This document shows, piece by piece, positions 1 to 8,149 of a DNA stretch of 41,418 bases (position 1 is its first letter; each line of letters opens with the position of its first letter). This DNA is from a virus. The notes beneath the pieces were generated by a model that saw nothing but the letters and a program-made list of their open reading frames with translations, did not search any database and was not told the origin of the DNA. The DNA lies in UHGV virus genome UHGV-0210088. The stretch is one strand, 5' to 3'. Made by a program: the position numbers and the translations under genes.

Positions 1-354
1 ATGCAACTTACTCTCGATACGTTAAAAGAAACCGGTGCTTTTACCGGGCGTCCCGTGGAAAAAGAAATTAAGTGGAAAGGCCGTGACGGGAAAGAGCATA
101 TCGCAACCGTCTATGTGCGCCCGATGGGCTACCACACCACTAAAGCTGAACTGCTGGCGTACAACGGGAAATCGGACCCGATTGCTGAGCGCATTGCGGC
201 GCATATTTGCGATCAGGACGGCGCCCCAGTGTTTACCGCGGCTGACATTCTTGGAACTGCTACCCCAGATCGTGGGGCGCTGGACGGTCCGATCGTTATG
301 GCCCTCCTGGCTGCAATTCATGATGTAAACGAACTGGGAAAGACTACGAGCTAA
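1..354 (+). CDS. Tail assembly chaperone G-like. The ORF begins at window position 1; the window end supplies its RBS.
   Basis: 117-aa ORF directly upstream of a T-like ORF in the -1 frame and of the tape measure gene. Joining end to start gives ...caggagctgaaATG (AGGAG RBS). It follows the tail tube gene at the window end, as G follows V in lambda. Confidence 0.7.
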   Translation: MQLTLDTLKETGAFTGRPVEKEIKWKGRDGKEHIATVYVRPMGYHTTKAELLAYNGKSDPIAERIAAHICDQDGAPVFTAADILGTATPDRGALDGPIVMALLAAIHDVNELGKTTS

Positions 355-650
355 CCGGCGAGGATGAATTCTGGTGCGAACTGGTGATGAACGGCATCGG
401 CGGCCGCACCATCGCAGAGGCTCAGGAGCGGATGAGTCGCAGGGAATTTCTGGTTTGGCTCAAGTACCGTGAGAAGTACGGACCGCTCAATATCATGATG
501 CGTACCGAGTGGGGGGCTTCGCTGGTGGCGTCTGTCCTGGCTAACATCAATAAGGCAAAGAACACGCCGCCGTTCAAGGTAAGTGACTTTGCACCGCACA
601 TCAACGAAGCGCCATTATCTCTGGAAGAGGCCATGAAATCCTGGGACTAA
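1..650 (+). CDS. G-T fusion tail assembly chaperone, made by a -1 frameshift at 336-342
   Basis: Frame-0 ORF 1..354 plus frame -1 ORF segment ending at 650. The T-like part has the conserved REFLVWL motif region. The position matches lambda G/GT immediately upstream of the tape measure gene. Confidence 0.6.
336..342 (+). promoter_or_regulatory. Programmed -1 ribosomal frameshift heptamer G_GGA_AAG (lambda G-T type)
   Basis: GGGAAAG at 336-342 with zero-frame codons CTG GGA AAG, 4 codons before the G stop (352-354). The -1 frame continues open into the 384..650 ORF (MMNGIGG...MSRREFLVWLKYREKYG). Confidence 0.7.
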
Positions 651-715
651 TTATTGTTTTTGCCTTTAAAAAAATCCTGCTACCCTTTTGGTAACTATTA
701 TCACGAGGGAATGAT

Positions 716-1183
716 ATGAAGAGTTCAGGGCAGTTGTTATCGCTGGCAGGTATAATTCTCGCGGTGTACTCATTGTTCTTTATGGATGTGAGTGTTGAGG
801 TTGGCGATGGTACAAGAGTTAATAATATTGGGCTAATGGCTCAACAGCAAAACTATTTATTAGTTGCGGTTGTTCTTTTTCTTGCTGGTATCTTTATTTC
901 ATTCTCAGGGAGAAAGAAGTCATTACAAGAGGTAGATTTCACTAAAATAGAATCTTTCTCATCAGATGACTTTGTTTCTTTGAAAGATGGTGAACCATGT
1001 CTTAATATATTGGCTGTAGACAATCTTGCAATGATGTTTTTAAAAAAACATGGTTCAAGTAGTGTTAATGATATCCTTTTTATGAATATGCCTTTAATCG
1101 ATAGGTTAGAACAAGGTCTCCCTGAACCACTAAGGAAAGATTTTAAATCTACCCTTAAAAGGAGGTTAAAGGACAATTGTTAA
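716..1183 (+). CDS. AT-rich moron encoding a 2-TM inner-membrane protein. It sits in the same position as the HK97 gp15 superinfection-exclusion moron; this is a candidate function, not shown.
   Basis: 155 aa. Two hydrophobic helices (LLSLAGIILAVYSLFF and LLVAVVLFLAGIFISF). GC is roughly 35% against about 50% in flanks. Own RBS (gagggaatgatATG) and own terminator. Inserted between T and the tape measure gene. Confidence 0.6.
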   Translation: MKSSGQLLSLAGIILAVYSLFFMDVSVEVGDGTRVNNIGLMAQQQNYLLVAVVLFLAGIFISFSGRKKSLQEVDFTKIESFSSDDFVSLKDGEPCLNILAVDNLAMMFLKKHGSSSVNDILFMNMPLIDRLEQGLPEPLRKDFKSTLKRRLKDNC

Positions 1184-1188
1184 AATAA

Positions 1189-1213
1189 CGCCCGCTAAAA
1201 GCGGGCTTTTTTT
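1189..1213 (+). terminator. Rho-independent terminator after the moron
   Basis: GCCCGC-taaaa-GCGGGC followed by TTTTTTT. Confidence 0.6.
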
Positions 1214-1227
1214 CACTTGGAGAATTT

Positions 1228-3672
1228 ATGGCTGGCAAGTCACTGGGAACTCTGACTATCGACTTGGTTGCAAAAGTTGGTGGATTTGTTTCAGGGATGG
1301 ATAAAGCTGAGCGTGCATCAGCCAAGTGGAGCAAGCAGGTACAAGATGATGTGGCAAAATCCAGTGCTGCACTAGCAGGTATAGGGGCAGCAGCTATTGC
1401 AGCTGGGCTGGCTGTTGGCGCATCCGGATTTCAATTACTGAAATCCACATCCAGGCAAATAGCAGAAACTGACCGCTGGGCTAAATCATTACAATTATCT
1501 ACCCAGGAACTTCTTGCTTGGCAGTTTGCAGCTGAAAAGGCTGGTGTCTCCGGTGACCAAATGGCTGATATCTTCAAGGATATTGGTGATAAGATTGGTG
1601 ACGCGGTATTAAATAAATCAGGTGAAGCTGTTGATGCGCTCAACGCTCTTGGATTATCTGCGGAAAAACTATCAAAAGTCAGTCCAGATAAACAATTGCT
1701 CGCTATCGGTGAATCTTTGGAGAAAATTAGTACTAATGCCGAGAAGACCACCATTCTTGAAAGTTTGGGTAACGACCTTTCAAAATTACTTCCTTTGTTT
1801 GATAACAACAACCAAAAACTCAAACAGTTTATTGACCTTGCTAAAGATTATGGTGTTGCTCCTGATCCATCCTCTATTGATGATTTAGTAAAGGTTAATC
1901 AACTTTTTGAAGATATGGAGGCTCAGGTTGCAGGGCTAAAAATTGAGATTGCAGCCGGATTGGCAAAAGTTGATCTAACTCCTTTGCAGGGCTCACTTGA
2001 TAAGCTTCATGACGTACTGACTGACCCCTTGGTTCTTCAAGGTATTTCTGATCTTGTATCGGAAGTCGCTCAACTTGCTGGATGGCTTGTAAAAGCAGCT
2101 GCAGGTGCGGGCCAACTAGCAGCCAGCACAGGAAATCGTTTTGCGGCACTTAGTGGCAAGATCGACCTAACAAATATAGACCAAGTTAATGAACGTATTG
2201 AATACCTGCAAAAAATCCTTGAAGGAAAAAAAGGTTTTTACTCTCAAAGTGAATCTATGTTTGGTTGGATTACAGGGGTAGATGACAGCGCGAAAGCACT
2301 AAATGATGAACTGCTATCTCTTATAGAAACAAGAGATAAATTTTCTAAAGCTAGTAAATCGGTGCTACCCCTTCAGGTAGCCACTGTGGGAACGGACAAC
2401 CCATTTTCTTTACCTCCTGGTGGTACGAACGGAAAACCTGTTAAAACACCAACAAGTAAAACAGAAAATGCTTTTAACAGTAGATTGCTTGATCTGCAAA
2501 AACAAGCTGCCCTTATTGAAACTACTGGTAAAAAAACAGCTGAGGTTACCGAGCTCGAAAAAATAAATTTTGATATTACCAGTGGCAATCTTAAAAAATT
2601 GTCAGAAGCTCAAAAAGAACAGCTTCGCACTGCTGCAAAAGCCCTCGATTCTAAAAAGGAAGAGCTTAGGCTTAATCAGGAAAATGCCCGGGTTGCGGAA
2701 TATGTTTCCGGCTTAGAAAGGCAGAATAAGTTAGTGCAGCAAGGATATGATAATGAAATTGTTGGCCGTTATTCTGGTGGTCGTGAGCGATCACGCATGC
2801 AGGATAATAATGATATACAGCAGGACTTTGCATATCAACAGGATGATCTTTTAAACCAGCTCCAATCTGGAGATATAGACCAAAGTCTTTACGATAAAAA
2901 GAAAGAAGCATTACAGAATTCTCTTGATGAGAGGCTTAAAATACAGGAGGAATATTACAAGAAGCAGGATGAGTTACAAAATGATGGTGCTGCTGGTTTT
3001 ATATCAGGGCTAGCAACGCAAATAGAAGCATCAATGGATTTATACACCAACATGCAGCAGGTTGGTGCACAGGCATTTAGCAGCTTAACGGATATGATTA
3101 TTGACTGGGCAGAAACCGGAAAGTTAAATGTTAAAGATTTTGCTTCGACATTTCTGCAATCTGTTGGTAGCACACTTCTTTCTTACGCTGCTGCCCAAGT
3201 TGCAATGGCGGGTTTGCAGGCCTTTACAGCAATGATCGGCGTGCCGTTTGTTGGACCCGAAATAGCAGGACCGGCAGCAATAGCCGCAACTGCGGCTGCT
3301 GGAGTACTGGCGATAGGTGTTGGTACAGCCCTTCAGGGCCAGGCTCACGACGGTATCGACTCTGTGCCCGAAACAGGAACTTGGCTCCTGCAGAAAGGTG
3401 AGCGCGTTACGACAGCTAAAACCAGCGCCAAACTTGACGCCACTCTGGATCGAGTTGCAAACCAGTCAACAGGCGGCGCGATTTATTCGCCCACAATCAA
3501 TATCCCCATAAATGGTAACCCTTCCGATGCAACTTTGGCGCTGGTCCGTAAAGCTGCAGATGAGGGGGCAGAAAGGGGATACCGGAAGGCGGTTAATTCA
3601 GTCGCAAGCGGTCAGGGTGATTTGCATAAGGCCTTGATGGGGAAAACTACCTCGGGGAGGAAAATTAGCTAA
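1228..3672 (+). CDS. Tail tape measure protein
   Basis: 814 aa, Ala/Gly-rich and coiled-coil-like with a hydrophobic C-terminal region, in the lambda H position. RBS ttggagaatttATG. The stop overlaps the next start (TAATG at 3670-3674). Confidence 0.85.
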   Translation: MAGKSLGTLTIDLVAKVGGFVSGMDKAERASAKWSKQVQDDVAKSSAALAGIGAAAIAAGLAVGASGFQLLKSTSRQIAETDRWAKSLQLSTQELLAWQFAAEKAGVSGDQMADIFKDIGDKIGDAVLNKSGEAVDALNALGLSAEKLSKVSPDKQLLAIGESLEKISTNAEKTTILESLGNDLSKLLPLFDNNNQKLKQFIDLAKDYGVAPDPSSIDDLVKVNQLFEDMEAQVAGLKIEIAAGLAKVDLTPLQGSLDKLHDVLTDPLVLQGISDLVSEVAQLAGWLVKAAAGAGQLAASTGNRFAALSGKIDLTNIDQVNERIEYLQKILEGKKGFYSQSESMFGWITGVDDSAKALNDELLSLIETRDKFSKASKSVLPLQVATVGTDNPFSLPPGGTNGKPVKTPTSKTENAFNSRLLDLQKQAALIETTGKKTAEVTELEKINFDITSGNLKKLSEAQKEQLRTAAKALDSKKEELRLNQENARVAEYVSGLERQNKLVQQGYDNEIVGRYSGGRERSRMQDNNDIQQDFAYQQDDLLNQLQSGDIDQSLYDKKKEALQNSLDERLKIQEEYYKKQDELQNDGAAGFISGLATQIEASMDLYTNMQQVGAQAFSSLTDMIIDWAETGKLNVKDFASTFLQSVGSTLLSYAAAQVAMAGLQAFTAMIGVPFVGPEIAGPAAIAATAAAGVLAIGVGTALQGQAHDGIDSVPETGTWLLQKGERVTTAKTSAKLDATLDRVANQSTGGAIYSPTINIPINGNPSDATLALVRKAADEGAERGYRKAVNSVASGQGDLHKALMGKTTSGRKIS

Positions 3673-4151
3673 TGGCTATCACCACAACGCTTTATTACCC
3701 CTCCGCTTACCTGCCTGGACCGCTTAGGGAGAGTTTTGGTTTAACTCCTGTATCTCCTCTGAAACGGACTCAGATGGTAACTGGCCGGGCACGACAGCGG
3801 CGTGCCTACACCTCGACACCAACCCAAACAGATCTGGCCTGGATTTTTTCTGACGCCCAGGCGCAGGCTTTTGAGGCGTGGTTTCGGGATGAGTTATCAG
3901 ATGGGGCGGCGTGGTTCAACATACCGTTATTAACGCCTGTAGGGCTGAAAAATTACGTGTGTCGTTTCACGGATATTTATAAAGGCCCCACTCCAGAAGG
4001 CGGATTTTACTGGAGATATACCGCGCCAGTTGAGCTCTGGGAGCGTCCATTGCCGCCGTCTGGATGGGGGCATTACCCGGACTGGATCGTCGGCAGCTCA
4101 CTGCTGGATATTGCGCTGAATAAGGAGTGGCCGAAGCATGACGCAGATTAA
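3672..4151 (+). CDS. Minor tail protein, gpM-like
   Basis: 159 aa, translationally coupled to the tape measure gene. Its C-terminal half resembles the lambda M pattern (AFEAWF...GAAWFNIPLLTP...VCRF). Confidence 0.55.
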   Translation: MAITTTLYYPSAYLPGPLRESFGLTPVSPLKRTQMVTGRARQRRAYTSTPTQTDLAWIFSDAQAQAFEAWFRDELSDGAAWFNIPLLTPVGLKNYVCRFTDIYKGPTPEGGFYWRYTAPVELWERPLPPSGWGHYPDWIVGSSLLDIALNKEWPKHDAD

Positions 4152-4620
4152 ACGCCTCTACGCCAGCAGCGGGCCGGAGGTGATCATTGAGACGCTGCAG
4201 ATCACCATTGGTTCTGACGTCCATTATCTGTGCCAGGGTTACGACAACATCACGGCGACGACGGAGAACGGCGATACCGTAACGTTTTCAGCCTGTGCGA
4301 TAGACATTGCGCTGCCGGCGCGCAATGCGGACGGCACGCAGGACCTCAAATTTGCCTTGTGCAATATCGATGGTGTCGTGTCCACGGCGATCCGCAATGC
4401 GCTGGCTAACCGTCTGTCTGCATTTCTGACGTACCGGCGTTATATCTCCACGGATTTAGCGGCCCCTGCGGAAGTGCCGTATACGCTGAAAATCAAGTCG
4501 GGCTCCTGGACGGCGACAGAGGTGCAGATCACTGCGGGCTACATGAATATCCTCGATACCGCCTGGCCGCGATACCGCTACACGCTCCCTGTATTCCCCG
4601 GACTGCGTTATATGAGCTAA
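4138..4620 (+). CDS. Minor tail protein, gpL-like
   Basis: 160 aa in the L position, overlapping the previous gene by 14 nt. Weak resemblance to lambda L. Confidence 0.45.
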   Translation: MTQIKRLYASSGPEVIIETLQITIGSDVHYLCQGYDNITATTENGDTVTFSACAIDIALPARNADGTQDLKFALCNIDGVVSTAIRNALANRLSAFLTYRRYISTDLAAPAEVPYTLKIKSGSWTATEVQITAGYMNILDTAWPRYRYTLPVFPGLRYMS

Positions 4621-4629
4621 GGAATCCCA

Positions 4630-5010
4630 ATGTTCAACCCTGATAAATACCGTTCAGTCACCTGGCTGAAGGGCGGGCGCGTATACCCGCAACTCGACTG
4701 TTTCGGCATTGTGAACGAGATACGCCGCGACCTGAATTTACCCGTCTGGCCCGATTTTGCAGGGGTCACCAAAGACGACGGCGGCCTCGACCGGGAAGCG
4801 CGCAGGATGATGCTTACCCTTGAGCGCTGCGAACCCTGCGAAGGGTCCGGGGTGGCCTGTTATTCCGGGTCGACCGTCACCCACGTAGGGATCGTGGTCA
4901 GTATCGGTGGTCTGTTGCATGTGGCGGAATGCAACCCGGGTACGAACGTCACCTTTCTGCCGTTGCCGCGGTTTAAGCGCCGATTTGTCAAAGTGGAGTT
5001 CTGGCAATGA
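4630..5010 (+). CDS. NlpC/P60 (C40) peptidase-fold tail protein, K-like (peptidase domain only)
   Basis: 126 aa with a Cys in DCFGIVNE and a His in THVGIVV. It sits in the K position and overlaps the next gene start. Confidence 0.55.
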   Translation: MFNPDKYRSVTWLKGGRVYPQLDCFGIVNEIRRDLNLPVWPDFAGVTKDDGGLDREARRMMLTLERCEPCEGSGVACYSGSTVTHVGIVVSIGGLLHVAECNPGTNVTFLPLPRFKRRFVKVEFWQ

Positions 5011-8000
5011 CCATTCGTTTTTACCCGTCCCGGCTTCCCGGTGAACCACTCGAAACGCATGAGCATGGTGTAACCAGTATTCGCAGCTGGCTGGTGGCAA
5101 ATGTTGAAGGCTACGAGGATCGGGATGTCCCACCGCTGACCGTTGAGGTTGAGGGGCTGTTAATTCCGCCAGGCGAGTGGGCTAAGTGTGTGATTCGCCC
5201 TGATAGTGATGTCAGGCTTTATCCGGTGCCTTTCGGGCTTGAGGCCGCGACAATTGCCTGGATAGGAGTGGGCATTGCCGTCGCATCTGCGGCTTATTCA
5301 TTGTTCATGATGAGTAACATTGATGCCGGCGGCTATACGTCATCCACAGGTCGAAGCCTCGACCTGAACCCCGCTAAAGCAAACAGCGCGAAACTGGGTG
5401 ATGCGATTCGTGAAGTTTTTGGGCGCGTGCGTATTTATCCGGATTATGTCGTACAGCCCGTTACCCGGTTTGATGCCGCCGATCCTACGAAAATGCGCGT
5501 CCAGATGCTGCTGTGTCTCGGTGTCGGTGATCTGATTTATACCAATGGCGATATCCGGGTTGGCAGTACGCCAGCTTCAACGCTACCGGGATTCAGCAGC
5601 ACCCATTACCCGCCAGGCGCGGACGTTTCCGGTGATGAGCGCAGTGAAAACTGGTTCAACAGTACGGAGGTCGGCGGGACATCATCCGGTACCGGTCTGG
5701 ATATGGCCCAGACGTCGCCGGACGCAAACGACATTATCGCAGACAGCATGACCGTATCCGGTTCGAGCGTAACGTTTACCGGGCTGGACACGGATGACGG
5801 CGATGACCACGACGAGAACGAAAACGCGCTACCGCCCAGCTGGGTCGCTGGCGCAGTAGTCGAACTGAAAGCCCCGGCGAACTACCAGATCACTTCGGCG
5901 GCTGGATACAGTGTTATCGCCAGCCCGCTGCTGACGGAGATCGCACCGGTAGTAGGTATGCCGGTGACGCTGGGGTTTAACTCTGTCGATTACGATCTGT
6001 TTATCGCGTCATATACCCCCGGTCAGGCTGCAGTGCCCGGCACCGGGGGGAGTGCGGCAAAACTCCAGGCCAGTGCGGCCCCGACCACCTACGATTTTTC
6101 GACCAGCTCCAGCACGTTCACGATCACCTGGCAGGGCACAACTTATACCGTATCGCTGGTAGCTAACTATGTCTCGATGTCGGGACTGCTGGCGGCCATC
6201 ACCGAGGGACTCACTGGCTCCGGCCTGGTCGCGCAGGACAACGGCGGCACCGTACTGATAACCGAAGCGGCCAGTCCATTCGCGGGTGGGGCGATCACTT
6301 CCTCTGCGCTGCCTGCAGCTGTTTTCGGTACCTCCCCGGTTTACACCTCCGGCACGGCATCAACCGGCGGCAGCCCGGCGGTAACGACGAATGTGACACT
6401 CGCCTATAACTCCGCCACGGGAACGGCATTTTCCGGCATTCCAGAGGGGGTGCAACGGCTTTCACTTGCTCACCGCGGGAATGAGTACCGGATTGTGTCA
6501 GGTGACGGCGCGACGGCAACGGTGGCGCGTCTGGTTAACGGTGTTATTGATGAGTCATGGCCGGGATTCATAGCCAGGACGATGATCGACTATGAGGCTA
6601 CCGGGATAAACGATAATGATACCTGGATGGGACCATTTCTTGCCTGCCCTGAGAACGAAAAGATTGACGCTTTCGAAGTAAATTTCTCTTTCCCGAGTGG
6701 TATCTGTGGATTCAACAAGAAGGGCAAGAAAGAAGCGTGGTGGGTTGGCTGGGTAATTCAATACCGTATTTACGGCTCAGGGGGAGGATGGGAAACGCGC
6801 GACGGATTTTACAAGTTAAAAAATATTAACGGACTTGGATTTACTGAGCGTATCACTCTGCCTTCACCAGGCCTCGTTGAGGTCCGGTGTCGCCGGAAAA
6901 ATGAACAGGGGCAGGATAATGCCAGAGATACGATGTACTGGCAGGCACTGCGCGGGCGACTGCTGACGCGCCCTTCATCCTATCCCGGCGTGTCGCTGAT
7001 GGCGGTGACCGTTGAGACGGGGGGCAAATTGGCGGCTCAGTCGGACCGCCGCGTAAACGTTGTGGCCACGCGCGCCTATGACTCAGGAACGGCCAGAACC
7101 ATTTCGGGAGCGCTGCTGCATGTCGCGAACTCTCTTGGGCTGGAGATGGATGTCGACACCATCAACGCGCTGGAGTCCGCGTACTGGACGCCACGGGGGG
7201 AAAATTTCGATTTTGCTACCGGAGACAGTATCTCAGCGCTGGAAATGCTGCAGAAGATAGCCAATGCCGGGAAGTCCCGCTTTCTGTTAAGCGATGGCCT
7301 GGCGACGGTCAACCGTGAGGGGATTAAGCCATGGACTGGCGTGATCACTCCGCATGAGATGGTGGAGGAGCTGCAGAGCGGATTTACCGTGCCCTCAGAT
7401 GATGATTTTGATGGTGTCGACGTGACGTACATCAACGGGACTACCTGGGCAGAGGAGACCGTTAAATGCCGGACGCCGGACAATCCCACGCCGGTGAAAA
7501 TAGAGAATTACAAACTCGATGGGGTACTGAATCAGGATCACGCCTACCAAATCGGGATGCGTCGCCTGATGAAATACCTGCAGCAGCGGGTGACGTTCCA
7601 GACCACTACCGAGCTGGACGCGCTGTGCTACAACACGGGCGATCGCATAGTGCTCACGGATGATATTCCGGGCAACAACACGATTTCCTGTCTGGTGGAG
7701 GCGATGACAACGGCTGGTGGCGTGACAACGTTCACCGTTACGGAGCCGCTGGACTGGTCTTTCGAAAACCCCCGAGCGCTGATCCGCTATCAGGATGGCT
7801 CTGCATCCGGGCTGATGGTGGCGAGCAGGGTGGGTGATTTTCAGCTGTCAGTCCCGCACCTGAGCGATTTTGATGACCCGATGAAGGTTGACCTGTCGTC
7901 GGCAACCATCGAGCCGATCCGCCTGGTGTTCTGCGGCTCAACGCGCCACGTCTACGACGCCATTGTAGAGGAGATCGCCCCGCAGTCTGACGGAACATGC

Positions 8001-8075
8001 CAGGTCACCGCTAAAGAATATCTCGAATCGTTCTACCAGTACGACGACGCCACATACCCCGGCGACGTCGCTTAA
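5007..8075 (+). CDS. Tail tip / host-specificity protein: gpI-like N-terminus fused to a gpJ-like body
   Basis: 1022 aa. The first ~160 aa have a ubiquitin-like start, a Gly/Ala-rich TM (ATIAWIGVGIAVASAAYSLF) and an I-type motif (GDAIREVFGRVRIYPDYV). The rest is J-like (e.g. YWQALRGRLL, ISALEMLQKIANAGKSRFLLSDGLATV). Confidence 0.65.
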   Translation: MTIRFYPSRLPGEPLETHEHGVTSIRSWLVANVEGYEDRDVPPLTVEVEGLLIPPGEWAKCVIRPDSDVRLYPVPFGLEAATIAWIGVGIAVASAAYSLFMMSNIDAGGYTSSTGRSLDLNPAKANSAKLGDAIREVFGRVRIYPDYVVQPVTRFDAADPTKMRVQMLLCLGVGDLIYTNGDIRVGSTPASTLPGFSSTHYPPGADVSGDERSENWFNSTEVGGTSSGTGLDMAQTSPDANDIIADSMTVSGSSVTFTGLDTDDGDDHDENENALPPSWVAGAVVELKAPANYQITSAAGYSVIASPLLTEIAPVVGMPVTLGFNSVDYDLFIASYTPGQAAVPGTGGSAAKLQASAAPTTYDFSTSSSTFTITWQGTTYTVSLVANYVSMSGLLAAITEGLTGSGLVAQDNGGTVLITEAASPFAGGAITSSALPAAVFGTSPVYTSGTASTGGSPAVTTNVTLAYNSATGTAFSGIPEGVQRLSLAHRGNEYRIVSGDGATATVARLVNGVIDESWPGFIARTMIDYEATGINDNDTWMGPFLACPENEKIDAFEVNFSFPSGICGFNKKGKKEAWWVGWVIQYRIYGSGGGWETRDGFYKLKNINGLGFTERITLPSPGLVEVRCRRKNEQGQDNARDTMYWQALRGRLLTRPSSYPGVSLMAVTVETGGKLAAQSDRRVNVVATRAYDSGTARTISGALLHVANSLGLEMDVDTINALESAYWTPRGENFDFATGDSISALEMLQKIANAGKSRFLLSDGLATVNREGIKPWTGVITPHEMVEELQSGFTVPSDDDFDGVDVTYINGTTWAEETVKCRTPDNPTPVKIENYKLDGVLNQDHAYQIGMRRLMKYLQQRVTFQTTTELDALCYNTGDRIVLTDDIPGNNTISCLVEAMTTAGGVTTFTVTEPLDWSFENPRALIRYQDGSASGLMVASRVGDFQLSVPHLSDFDDPMKVDLSSATIEPIRLVFCGSTRHVYDAIVEEIAPQSDGTCQVTAKEYLESFYQYDDATYPGDVA

Positions 8076-8149
8076 TACCAAAAATCCCCCTAATTAATCT
8101 TTTCGCTCAAACCCTCGTTTGGGCGAACGCCTTTTTTGGAGCAAAAAAC

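Noticed and set aside
1431-3511. Several 60-130 aa antisense or alternate-frame ORFs inside the tape measure gene (and similar ones inside the tip and fibre genes, 5545-11487)
   Set aside because: They are embedded within long, well-supported structural genes and have no RBSs. These are typical spurious frames of GC-balanced coding DNA.
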